DNA of 53,578 nucleotides from Thermococcus sp. (GCA_015523195.1 WAKU01000024.1:1-53578), one strand, 5' to 3'; shown: positions 9,501 to 19,857, counted from the first letter of the stretch. The notes: generated by a model from the sequence alone, not told the origin. Made by a program: numbers and translations.

Positions 9501-10673
9501 TTATTCGAGCGTTAACTTGAACCTCTTCGCCTGCTCCAGAACGTACTCCCTGATCTCCCCCGCCTTTGGCAGTTCCGCAACTATCTCACCGTTTTCAATC
9601 AGGGGCTTGAGGAGAGGCTCTACCTTCGCTCCACAGACTGGACAGCGTTCGAGCTTTTTATCTGCTGGAACGCGGTGGTAGTGGCCTTTCTCACACCGGT
9701 AAACCTGCTTCCTCCCGCTGAGTTTTCCGCGCTTTGTAATGGGCTTCCCCTCGACCTCGACGATGTCCAGCGAGAAGTCAACCGGCTTGGCGCTCGCTAT
9801 CGCCGAGCCGACCCCGAATGCATCTGCAACGTCCGCTATTTTTGCAATGCTTTCCTCGTCCAGGCCACCGGAGACGAGTATCTTGACCCAGTCGTAGCCC
9901 CTTAGATTAAGCTCCCAGCGAACCTCCTCGATGATCCTCCTGAAGTTGCCGCGCCTTGAGCTCGGCGTGTCCAAACGAACTGCGTTCAGTTTCTTGCCCA
10001 AAGCCTCAGCCGCCATCAGGGCCTCGAACTTCTCGTCGCAGAGGGTGTCAACTAAGGCCGTCCTCGGAACTTCCGGCGGCATTACCTCGTCGTAGTACTT
10101 CCAGGCCTTAACCTGGTCTCCAACTGTCAGGATTAAAGCGTGGGGCATCGTGCCGACCGCTTTCTCCCCCATCATCTCCGCTCCAAGAACACCGGAAACG
10201 CCGTCGCAGCCGCCTATGAAAGCGGAGCGGTCTATCATCGGTGCTATAGCTGGATGCATGTGCCTTATGCCGAAGGAGTAAACAGGCTTGAAGCTCGCCG
10301 CTATCTTAATCCTCAGGGCTGAAGTCGCTATCCCGCTCGCCTGGCTGAGCATGCCGAGCAGTGCCGTCTCGTATATCCCGAAGTCGTCGTAGTAGCCCTC
10401 GATCTGAAGAACCGGCTCGTAGGGGTGGAAGATTGTGCCTTCAGGCATCGCGTAGACGTTAACTGGCATGCCCTCGAAGAGCTTCGCAACCTCCTCTATT
10501 CCAGCCAAAACCCCCCACTTCCAGCCGTTTGGAAGGCTTGTCGTCGTTACGTCGGCGAAGACCTTCTTCCGTACCCCCTTCTCCCTCAGGATTTTTCTGG
10601 TTCTGATGAAGTAGACATCGGTCGTCTTTCCGGCCTTTATATCCTCCTCGTGGGCGATGTAGAAGTCGCGCAT
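9501..10673 (-). CDS. pncB: Nicotinate phosphoribosyltransferase
   Basis: TTDVYF, SFGIRH, GTMPH, VRLDTPSSRRG, VSGGL motifs; C-terminal Zn-ribbon; ATG 10673 after GGTGA SD (10679 possible). Confidence 0.9.
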   Translation of the reverse strand: MRDFYIAHEEDIKAGKTTDVYFIRTRKILREKGVRKKVFADVTTTSLPNGWKWGVLAGIEEVAKLFEGMPVNVYAMPEGTIFHPYEPVLQIEGYYDDFGIYETALLGMLSQASGIATSALRIKIAASFKPVYSFGIRHMHPAIAPMIDRSAFIGGCDGVSGVLGAEMMGEKAVGTMPHALILTVGDQVKAWKYYDEVMPPEVPRTALVDTLCDEKFEALMAAEALGKKLNAVRLDTPSSRRGNFRRIIEEVRWELNLRGYDWVKILVSGGLDEESIAKIADVADAFGVGSAIASAKPVDFSLDIVEVEGKPITKRGKLSGRKQVYRCEKGHYHRVPADKKLERCPVCGAKVEPLLKPLIENGEIVAELPKAGEIREYVLEQAKRFKLTLE

Positions 10674-10890
10674 TTTCATCACCGGGGTTGATTGTACTTC
10701 TAAATTTAAAGGGTTTCTGGGCAAAATGATGCTATTCTGTGTATTGAGATAAGTTATTTCATCAAGCTCCGGAATGTTTAAAATCAAAATAAACTAAAAG
10801 CAAACCAAAGGCAGGAAGGTGGCTGCATCGTGTACATCCACTAAGTGAATGGCACTCACTATCCCAAAAACTAAGAGCTTCGGTGATCGT

Positions 10891-11634
10891 ATGCTCCCCC
10901 GAAAACCCCTCACCCTCCTCCTAATGGCGATGGTGTTTGCGGCCGGCTGCATAGGTGCCCACGGCCATAAGAATACGCCAGCCATCTCGCTGAAGTCCGT
11001 TGTGTGTTCAGCCGGGGAGAACCTGACCCTCGTTAACGATGCCCACAACGTAACGCTTAAAGACCCCTCCTACAGGCTCGCAGTGGATCTCATGAAGGGC
11101 GAGCTCGAAGAGGCCAAGGCCCTTTATCGTGTCGCGGCATCCAAAAAGGAGAATGAGAACGTCTTAAGGTCGCTGTCCAACATTTCCCGATTATTCCTCG
11201 GCGATTCTACGGTTATAAACGAAACGACAATCCGGATCGGCAACGCGACCTACGATTACGTTGTCCTCTCCGTCCACGACTACAAAGATCCACACTGCGG
11301 GGGGGACGTAAAGTTCTCGCCCGATATCGTCAAGGTGAACGACGTAACGGTCAGGTTAATCCCCTCCAACTGGACGAGGGGAACGGCGACCTACAGCGGG
11401 ATACCCTACAGCACTTACGCAGTGGAAATCGGGAACGAGACCTGTACGGCGGGTTTCACTGAGCTTTCCCCCCTTACCGCACCTTACCTCACGGCGGGCG
11501 ACTACCTCCTTCTCATCAATGGCGGTAAAGACCGGCTCTGCAGGATGCAGATTCTGTACACGGTGCACTTCGGATTCTTTAAGAAAGGCACCGAGGAAGG
11601 AAAGGAAGCGTCGCTCCTGCTTGTGAAGAGGTAG
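10891..11634 (+). CDS. Hypothetical lipoprotein
   Basis: MLPRKPLTLLLMAMVFAAG-CIG lipobox; many N-x-S/T sequons; GGTGA SD before ATG 10891. Confidence 0.7.
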   Translation: MLPRKPLTLLLMAMVFAAGCIGAHGHKNTPAISLKSVVCSAGENLTLVNDAHNVTLKDPSYRLAVDLMKGELEEAKALYRVAASKKENENVLRSLSNISRLFLGDSTVINETTIRIGNATYDYVVLSVHDYKDPHCGGDVKFSPDIVKVNDVTVRLIPSNWTRGTATYSGIPYSTYAVEIGNETCTAGFTELSPLTAPYLTAGDYLLLINGGKDRLCRMQILYTVHFGFFKKGTEEGKEASLLLVKR

Positions 11635-11666
11635 ACCCAGTGAACCATCTTTGGGGTGTTAATGTC

Positions 11667-12569
11667 TCACCCAATCCCGAAGGGCACTCCAACCTCTTCC
11701 CCTTTTTCAATCCTGTGCAGCTCCCTCCTGTACGCCTCCAGAGGTCTGTCCTCTACCTTAAGAAAACCGGCGAAGGTTTTGGGTCTCTTTTCAAGCTCGT
11801 TAAAGAACTCGGGATAGCGCTTGTCCCTGACGATATGGTGGTCGAGGATTACTTCAGCGTTCGTCTCGCGGATTATCTCGTTGAGGTTCTTAGCCCCTGT
11901 CTCCCACGAACCTGCAGCCCTCGGACCGAGATAAGTGGGCGGCCCACCGGTTATGAGCAAATCTGGGCTCTTCTCGGCTATCCACTCGACCGCTTTCCTG
12001 TTCAACAGCTGTATGTCGCTGGCGTGGATTATTCGTTTTGAGCCGTCATCTATGAGGACCATCACCACGAAGCCGAGCTTAGACCCCTCGCTCCCGTGCG
12101 GAACGGCTGGAGAGAACTCAAGCCTAACCCCACCTAAATCAAAGGCTCTCCCGTCCGCGAACTCGATTTCCTCTGCTATCTGCTCCGCGTTTTTCAAAAA
12201 GGCCCAGGCGCGCTTTCTCTGGCTGAAGTTTATGTTCTCCCTCGGGTGCTTGATGAAGAGGAGCTTTCCAGCGTATATCTCCCTTGCGTATTCCTCGCTC
12301 GCGCTCTCATACAGGCCCTCGAAGAAGGGCGTGTGGTGGTCGTAGTGGTAGTGGGAGATGGTCACTACGTCGGCCCTCTTTGCGTAGCCCTGGAGCTTTC
12401 TCCTCATCCTCTGAAGGGTTTCAATTTCGATTTTGGCCGGCGGAAGGCCGTAGCGCTTTGGTCCGAGGGCAACGCCAGGGTCGATGAGGATTTTTAAGCC
12501 AGAGGCCTCCACGAAGGTCGCTAAACTTCTCACACCGAGGCTTTCGCTTGCGAGCGGGATGACGCGCAT
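11667..12569 (-). CDS. Metallo-beta-lactamase fold hydrolase (UPF0282 family)
   Basis: MRVIPLASESLGVRS start, ISHYHYDH, VPHG, HASD, LDHH motifs. Confidence 0.88.
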   Translation of the reverse strand: MRVIPLASESLGVRSLATFVEASGLKILIDPGVALGPKRYGLPPAKIEIETLQRMRRKLQGYAKRADVVTISHYHYDHHTPFFEGLYESASEEYAREIYAGKLLFIKHPRENINFSQRKRAWAFLKNAEQIAEEIEFADGRAFDLGGVRLEFSPAVPHGSEGSKLGFVVMVLIDDGSKRIIHASDIQLLNRKAVEWIAEKSPDLLITGGPPTYLGPRAAGSWETGAKNLNEIIRETNAEVILDHHIVRDKRYPEFFNELEKRPKTFAGFLKVEDRPLEAYRRELHRIEKGEEVGVPFGIG

Positions 12570-12615
12570 TTTATCACCGGGCAATGTTTGGGCTAAAGGT
12601 TTAATAAGGCATGCC

Positions 12616-12812
12616 TCAAGGCCAAGAGCCAGGCCTTCTGATGATTTTCTCCAAAAAGCCCAGAACATCCTTCCACACGGCATCAAACTCCGGCAGTTCC
12701 CTCAGCTGATGACCCAGACTGCTCTCCCAGGCCTTTTCATAGTAAGGCCTTCTGCCTTGGAGAGCGGAACCCCAAGCTCGGAACTCAGGACTTTTATCTC
12801 CTCCTCAATCAT
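12616..12812 (-). pseudogene. Internally deleted AbiEii-type nucleotidyltransferase toxin remnant
   Basis: ATG overlaps the antitoxin stop; N-terminus MIEEEIKVLSSELGVPLS is joined out of frame to RRPYYEKAWESSLGHQLRELPEFDAVWKDVLGFLEKII, a C-terminus resembling AbiEii proteins; catalytic core absent. Confidence 0.65.
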
Positions 12813-13557
12813 TCTACCTCCTCCCAGTAATCATCCGGAACGTTGATCCGAAGGCCCCACCGATAGTTAAAGCGACCTTCAGGGGGCATTGAAGGGTCGA
12901 GAAGTGCGAAACTTCTCCTGTCCTTTTCAGAAAGTCTAATTTCCTTCTCAATCCCAAGCGCTAATCTCTCACTCAAAAATCCCAAACGCTTCAGAACGGC
13001 CCTGCTCTTCATCCTCTCGGCGTACTCCAGCAGCTTTTCATAATCCAGTCTCGCGTTCTTGAGGGCCTTAAGAACCTCGATTATCCCCCCGCAGTACTTG
13101 GGCTTGTCCAAACAGTCCACTACCGTCTTTTCTGGATCTGTTATCCGAACCTTTCTGCGTCCAAGACGTATGGTGTTAATTCCAAAAAACTTCTCAGGGC
13201 TGACTACGACCACCTTAAACCTCTTGCCGTCGACGATCAGGAGCTTCCGGTAGTCCTTCTTCACTGGTGTCTGGACGAAAACCGTTCTTGGGATCTGCTC
13301 GGTCAGTCCGTAGTAGTTCAGGGCGGACCAGTATGCAACTGCCCCAAAACGAACTCGTGAGGGGAAGAGGCCCTTCCAGGTTCTAAGGAGAGAGCGTAGA
13401 TGCCCTTGGCGACTCTCCGGAGAAACCCCTCTCTGAGGAGCGCCTCAAGGTAGTAGTTTAACTGCTTCGTGCTCATGCCGAGCTTCTCTTGGGCCTCCTT
13501 CTTGGTGAAGACATCTCCCAGTTCTGAGAGCCGCCTCAGGACCTCTATGATGTTCAT
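12809..13557 (-). pseudogene. Frameshifted type IV TA antitoxin AbiEi (wHTH + C-terminal domain)
   Basis: N-terminal wHTH with RRVAKGIY then HEFVLGQL; the frame switches near 13340 to AVAYWSALNYYGLTEQIPRTVFV...TDPEKTVVDCLDKP...KRLGFL...RWGLRIN. Confidence 0.85.
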
Positions 13558-13677
13558 ATTTTCTCACCATAACCCTAATATAACTGGATGAAAATGAGAA
13601 TTTTTGAATATAAAGGTTTTGCAGCACCTCCCAGACGCCAAAACCTTTTAACCCCTCCTTTCTAGAGCACTTTCGAA

Positions 13678-13763
13678 GGGGTGGGATGATGAGGCATCTT
13701 CAACCGATGACACCCACTCCCCGGAAAAGTCTCCTTTGGCCGAAAGAAGGCCGTAGAAGGGAG
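13678..13763 (+). ncRNA. Putative structured RNA: box-C-containing hairpin plus second hairpin
   Basis: GGGGTGGG/CCCACTCC stem (13678-85/13713-20) enclosing ATGATGA; CTCCTTT-GGCC/GGCC-AAGGGAG hairpin (13731-13763); TATA ttttaa at 13646-13651. Confidence 0.5.
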
Positions 13764-13773
13764 ATTTGAGTCG

Positions 13774-13839
13774 CGAACCGATGATGAGTGTCATCCCTCC
13801 TGAGCGGATGAGGAGATTATCCCCACCTGAGGTGGTTCG
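13774..13839 (+). ncRNA. Box C/D methylation-guide sRNA
   Basis: Box C ATGATGA 13781-87, 12-nt guide, D' CTGA 13800-03, C' ATGAGGA 13808-14, 12-nt guide, D CTGA 13827-30, terminal stem cgaacc/ggttcg. Confidence 0.88.
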
Positions 13840-14307
13840 ATGCTGGGTTTTCTCAAAAGGAAAAAGGAGAAACGCGGGCCCTTCGTGTACCTCAGCGAGC
13901 CGACTTTCCTCTACCACACCAGAACGGAGAGGGCGATAGTTGAGCTCATAGAAGAGAAGTTCGACTCCAACAACATCCTCGTGCCGTCCGAATACGGCCT
14001 CAGGGACACGAGCGGCAGGATAAAAGACGCGGAAATCTTCATTGCCGTCGCACCGCTCGGCAAGTTCACTTCACTGGTTGGAAGGGAGGTAAAGCTCGCC
14101 CAGGAGCTTGGAAAACCCGTGTACACCCTCCTAATAGCGCGCGATCCGGACGGTCTTGTCTACCTCTGGGTAGAGGGCGTTCCGGAGGAAGTTGAGTGGC
14201 TCTCCCCGGAGGAAACGCAGGCCTTCAGCTTTAAGTTCGCCCACGACGAGTACATGGCCTACCTGAAGACAGGGCTGTTCATCGGGAGCAGAAAAAGGGA
14301 ATGGTGA
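13840..14307 (+). CDS. Conserved hypothetical protein (nucleoside 2-deoxyribosyltransferase-like fold suspected)
   Basis: GAGGTGG SD; VYLS...TSLVGREVKLAQELGKPVY pattern. Confidence 0.6.
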   Translation: MLGFLKRKKEKRGPFVYLSEPTFLYHTRTERAIVELIEEKFDSNNILVPSEYGLRDTSGRIKDAEIFIAVAPLGKFTSLVGREVKLAQELGKPVYTLLIARDPDGLVYLWVEGVPEEVEWLSPEETQAFSFKFAHDEYMAYLKTGLFIGSRKREW

Positions 14308-15753
<1,446 letters not shown>

Positions 15754-16602
15754 TCAGATCACCCCCTTCGCCCTGAGCTCCTCTAAGTAGCGCTCCTTCG
15801 CGAGCTTCTCCTGCTCAAGGAAGCGGTTGGCCCTCCTCAGGACATCTTCCCAGTCCACCTTATGGGCATCGAACATCGGGCCGTCCCGGCAGGCGAACTT
15901 TATCTCGTCCCCGTAGAGTATCCTGCACGAGCCGCACATTCCTGTTCCGTCCACCATTATCTGCCTCACCGTCGTTATCGTTGGGATTCCGTAGGGCCTC
16001 GTCAGTTCGGCAAGTTTGGCAAGGGAGCCGAGCTTTCCGCCGGCAAAGATTATGTCTACCTTATCCCTCTCGATGAGCTCCTTCACAACATCGAGGTAGT
16101 GTCCCTTCCTCCCGACGCTCCCGTCCTCTGTGGTTATGTAGTGCTCGTCGGCAACGGGCTTCGCGAGAAACTCCTCGGGGTAGACGTTCTGCTTATTCTC
16201 AAAGCTCTGTATCGATATCGTGTAGTTTCCAGCTTTTTTCATGGCCTTAAGCGTTGCGTAGTTCTCCGCCTGCCCGCAGACCGCATCGGAAGCGAAGACG
16301 ACGTTTCCGTAGTGCTTTACCTTTATCGGCTTTCCCAGTGGGCCAACAATGCTGTAGAGCTCGTCCCCGACGTTGAACTCGTAGTAGAGCTGTAAGCTCG
16401 TCTTCCCGAGCTTCCTGATGAACATTCCGATTTTCCCGTTTTCGGCCTTGTAAACAGACATCGGAACCCTCTCGCCCCTCTCGTGGAGTATGAAGACAAC
16501 GAACTGTCCAGGTTTCCACGCCCGAGCTATGTGAGGTGCCTCGACCTCGACGAAGTAATCAATCGGGCTCAAATCCTGCTTTGCCGTTATCCTGTACCCC
16601 AT
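15754..16602 (-). CDS. Ferredoxin:NADP+ oxidoreductase small subunit (PyrK/SudB-like, NfnII type)
   Basis: KPGQFV, GERVPMS, VGPLG, MVDGTGMCGSCR...FACRDGP [2Fe-2S] motif; ATG 16602 after GGTGG. Confidence 0.9.
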   Translation of the reverse strand: MGYRITAKQDLSPIDYFVEVEAPHIARAWKPGQFVVFILHERGERVPMSVYKAENGKIGMFIRKLGKTSLQLYYEFNVGDELYSIVGPLGKPIKVKHYGNVVFASDAVCGQAENYATLKAMKKAGNYTISIQSFENKQNVYPEEFLAKPVADEHYITTEDGSVGRKGHYLDVVKELIERDKVDIIFAGGKLGSLAKLAELTRPYGIPTITTVRQIMVDGTGMCGSCRILYGDEIKFACRDGPMFDAHKVDWEDVLRRANRFLEQEKLAKERYLEELRAKGVI

Positions 16603-16675
16603 ATGCACCACCACGTACACGTGATCAGGCATATTCATTCCCAGTTTTGGGTAAAGGTCTTATACGGGTTTCTTA

Positions 16676-16692
16676 AACCAAAGGTTTAGAAC
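16676..16692 (-). promoter_or_regulatory. SurR binding site upstream of the FNOR operon promoter
   Basis: Minus strand GTTctaAACctttgGTT, followed by gaaacccgTATAAG. Confidence 0.75.
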
Positions 16693-16794
16693 CCTCCTTT
16701 AAGCTAAATAAGCTCTCAGGGAACTTTTGTCTTAGGGCACGGAGGGATCGAGAAGGTTTTTAGGGACGCCGGTGAAGGAACTTCGGTGGTTGTA

Positions 16795-17577
16795 ATGGTG
16801 AAGATACCGAGGAGTCATCCCAGATACTGGAGCCTCTACTACAGGGAAAGGATAATAGAGGGCATGGAGAGGGGCATGACGGCTAAAGCCGGGCTGATAG
16901 CCCATGGACGGGGCGAGGCCTTCGACTACCTCATCGGCGAGAGGACTATAGAGCCGGCGGAGAGGGCTATGAGGGCCGTGGTTGCAAAGTTCCTCTTGGC
17001 AAAGCACCCTGTCATTTCGGTGAACGGCAACGTCGCGGCCCTCGTCCCGAAGGAGACCGTAGAGCTCGCGAAAGCCCTCAACGCCAAGCTTGAGGTAAAC
17101 CTCTTCTACCGGACGGAAGAGCGCGTTAGAGCGATAGCCGAGGAGTTGGGGAAGCACGATCCCGATGTGGAGATACTCGGGATAAACCCGACGAAGAGGA
17201 TTCCCGGATTAGAGCACGAGCGCGGTAAGGTCGACGAGAAGGGCATCTGGAGAGCTGACGTTGTCCTCGTCCCCCTTGAGGACGGCGACAGAACCGAGGC
17301 CCTCGTGGGGATGGGCAAGTTCGTTGTTACGGTTGACCTCAACCCGCTTTCGAGAAGCGCCAGGATGGCCGACATAACGATAGTGGACAACATAGTAAGG
17401 GCCTATCCGAGGATGATCGAGTTAGCTGGAGAGCTGAGGAACCTCCAGAGGGAAGAACTGGAGAGGATAGTGGAAGAATACGACAACGGGAAGACGCTGA
17501 GCGATGTCCTCACCTACATAAGGGACAGGCTCACGGAGCTTGCTCGGGAGGGAATCTGGAGGAGGAAGGAGCTTTAG
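16795..17577 (+). CDS. 4-phosphopantoate--beta-alanine ligase (phosphopantothenate synthetase)
   Basis: IPRSHPRYWSL, AHGRGEAFDYLIGE, SVNGN, VPLEDGDR, DLNPLSR. Confidence 0.93.
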   Translation: MVKIPRSHPRYWSLYYRERIIEGMERGMTAKAGLIAHGRGEAFDYLIGERTIEPAERAMRAVVAKFLLAKHPVISVNGNVAALVPKETVELAKALNAKLEVNLFYRTEERVRAIAEELGKHDPDVEILGINPTKRIPGLEHERGKVDEKGIWRADVVLVPLEDGDRTEALVGMGKFVVTVDLNPLSRSARMADITIVDNIVRAYPRMIELAGELRNLQREELERIVEEYDNGKTLSDVLTYIRDRLTELAREGIWRRKEL

Positions 17578-18305
17578 AGTTCCCTTCCAGTTTCTTCGAC
17601 GAGCTTTCTGAGGCCCGCTATGAGTTCGCTCTCGTCCTTCGCCTTGGATACGACCAGCGGGACTCTCTCACGCTCGGCCAGCTTGACGGCTAAGGTGTCG
17701 AGTTTTTTGACCCCGTGGAGAACTATTACCGCCGGCTTCAGCCCCTGGACGCGGACCGCTATCATCGGGCTCCTCCCGGTAGAGACCTTGGTGAATACCA
17801 GGGCCCTCTCGGTTGTCCAGCCGTAGAGCTTGAGGAACTCCTCGCTACTCATCTCCAGTATGGCCCTTATGCTGTCGACCACGGTGTAGCCGTATATCCT
17901 CCTGCCGAGGAGATCCTCGTTGGCGGCCACCTCACCCTTCACGGCCTTAACGACGTCGGCTATGGTAACGGGCAGGGAGAACTCCCTGATATCGAGTATT
18001 GCATCGGTTGGAAGCTCTCCTTCAATGGTCTTGCTGAAGGCCCTGATGACGTTGCCACCGCGTTTTTCGTCTATCTCGATGAGCGCCTCAACGAACTTCC
18101 TTATCGTCGATGCCCCCGGGCTCTTCCTTCTGCCCCCCTCGTAGTCGCTTATAACCGAGGAGGAGACACCGAGGTGCTCGGCGAGCTCGGTCTGGCTTAT
18201 CCCGAATATTTCGCGCCACTTTCTCATCGTCTTTCCAGGCTCATGGGAGAGTGCTATCTCCCCGGCCACGCGCCTTGCGAGGGCTTCCTTTTCTTTTTCC
18301 AGCAT
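17574..18305 (-). CDS. XRE-type HTH transcriptional regulator with DRTGG/HPrK-N-like C-terminal domain
   Basis: MRKWREIFGISQTELAEHLGVSSSVISDYEGGRRKSPG; FTKVSTGRSPMIAVRV. Confidence 0.85.
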   Translation of the reverse strand: MLEKEKEALARRVAGEIALSHEPGKTMRKWREIFGISQTELAEHLGVSSSVISDYEGGRRKSPGASTIRKFVEALIEIDEKRGGNVIRAFSKTIEGELPTDAILDIREFSLPVTIADVVKAVKGEVAANEDLLGRRIYGYTVVDSIRAILEMSSEEFLKLYGWTTERALVFTKVSTGRSPMIAVRVQGLKPAVIVLHGVKKLDTLAVKLAERERVPLVVSKAKDESELIAGLRKLVEETGREL

Positions 18306-18535
18306 AGTAGATGGTACGGCCTCAGGATTATAAATCTATCGGCAATTGCCTAATCCCTTTTAACCATCCCCAACCCCCGCTGCAAAGGGAGTTCGATTTT
18401 AGCAGCTCTCGAAGAGCGTCAAAGGGAAGGAGCTCACAGGAAAGGGACAACGGTGGAGGAATTCACGCTTAAAACGATCACTAAACAAGGAATCCTCTCA
18501 TTTTGGCATTCGAAATAGTCCTTAACTTTCCGTCA

Positions 18536-18745
18536 GCGCTGAAACTTTGCGGTGCAAAGTTTGATCAAGTTCGTGATTCCTCATTAATACTCTCCATCTT
18601 AAGGATTCAACTCAATTCGCAGCATTAACGAGTGGATTCTCTGACGGGGCTCTCCTTGAAGGGGTTCACTAAAAATGCCGCTCCTTCGGAGCGCTAAAAA
18701 ACTCGAACCCACTTGAAAAACGCTCTTCAAAGAGAACCCACTTTT
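18536..18745. repeat. Non-coding palindrome-rich element downstream of tRNA-Val
   Basis: aaactttgc-ggt-gcaaagttt (18542-62), ttgatcaa, cgctcc-ttc-ggagcg hairpin, gaacccactt direct repeat (18705, 18734); related motif at 40142-40168. Confidence 0.55.
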
Positions 18746-18808
18746 CCCAAAGCAACTCCGAGCGAGAAATCCTAGCCAAAATTGCAATTTTAAGCAAGAA
18801 TCTTGTGC

Positions 18809-18886
18809 TGGTGGGCCCGCGGGGATTCGAACCCCGGACCTCCACCTTGTCAGGGTGGCGTCATAACCAGTCTAGACCACGGGCCC
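18809..18886 (-). tRNA. tRNA-Val(GAC)
   Basis: gggcccg acceptor, ccacc-ctGACaa-ggtgg anticodon arm, TTCGAAT, encoded CCA. Confidence 0.97.
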
Positions 18887-18897
18887 GCCCAAAAGGC

Positions 18898-18975
<78 letters not shown>

Positions 18976-19079
18976 GCCAGAGCCTCCAACTGCGCCAAAT
19001 CCGATTCCGGATGCGCCTCCCTACGGAGATTCCAATAACACCACCCCAAACTGATTTATAAACCTTACGGTCTGAGAGC

Positions 19080-19736
19080 CTACAGGATTTCGCCGAAGAG
19101 CAGGTCTTCCCTTCTGCCTCCGGCCCTTCTGAAAACCTTCTCACTCCAGCCAACCCTTCCGACCTCTTCGGGGCTGTGGGCGTCGCTGGCAAAGGTCAGC
19201 TTAACCCCTCTCTTTATGCACTCCCTGAGAAAGGCCACGTCTGGAACGTGGTAGCTGGCGTTTATCTCGAACGCCACCCCCTTGGCCTCCGCCAGCTCCA
19301 GTACCTCCCTGAGTTCCCCCTCCCTTGGAAAGCCCACGTGGGGAAAGCTCGCCCCGAAATGGCCTATAACGTCCATCTCTCCGCTGATGAGGGCCATTCT
19401 CACGAGACGGATGTACTCATCCGCGGTTCTCACCCGCCTGTGGACGCTCGCTATCACATAGTCCAGTTCCCTGGCCATCCACTCCGGCACATCCACGCCG
19501 TTCTCCGTTATGTTCCCCTCCACTCCGAGCATGAGAACCAGCCCCGACTCCGCCGCCCAGCGCCTCACCTCCCTCACGTACCTCTTGAACGTCCCGGGGC
19601 TCATGTAATGCCCGTGGTCTGTTATCCCAAGGAGGAGGAGTCCCCGGGCCTCCGCACTGGCAACGTTGTCCCCTATTGAGCCACTTCCGTCCGAGTAGGT
19701 AGTGTGGGTGTGGGCGTCGTGAGGAAACACCAACAT
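19080..19736 (-). CDS. PHP domain phosphoesterase (histidinol phosphatase-like)
   Basis: DAHTHTTYSDG, GITDH, IASVH, FEIN, ASDAH. Confidence 0.88.
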   Translation of the reverse strand: MLVFPHDAHTHTTYSDGSGSIGDNVASAEARGLLLLGITDHGHYMSPGTFKRYVREVRRWAAESGLVLMLGVEGNITENGVDVPEWMARELDYVIASVHRRVRTADEYIRLVRMALISGEMDVIGHFGASFPHVGFPREGELREVLELAEAKGVAFEINASYHVPDVAFLRECIKRGVKLTFASDAHSPEEVGRVGWSEKVFRRAGGRREDLLFGEIL

Positions 19737-19857
19737 GTTCAACTCTCCGCGGGCCGGCTTTAAAACCCTTCTGGACAAAATATCCAAAGTAAAAGCGGGC
19801 TTTGAAATTTGACAAACCTTTAAATATCATCCCGCCCAATTTCATGCGGTGGTGCTC

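Noticed and set aside
12570-12686. N-terminal extension of the MBL hydrolase in the ORF track
   Set aside because: The family start MRVIPLASES has its own SD and TATA; the extension crosses the toxin remnant
13318-13345. Programmed ribosomal frameshift in abiEi
   Set aside because: No slippery heptamer, residues appear missing at the junction, and the partner toxin is also deleted
13675-13839. CRISPR or TIGR-like guide array
   Set aside because: Only one full C/D unit, no tandem periodicity, no Cas or Nop-domain gene nearby
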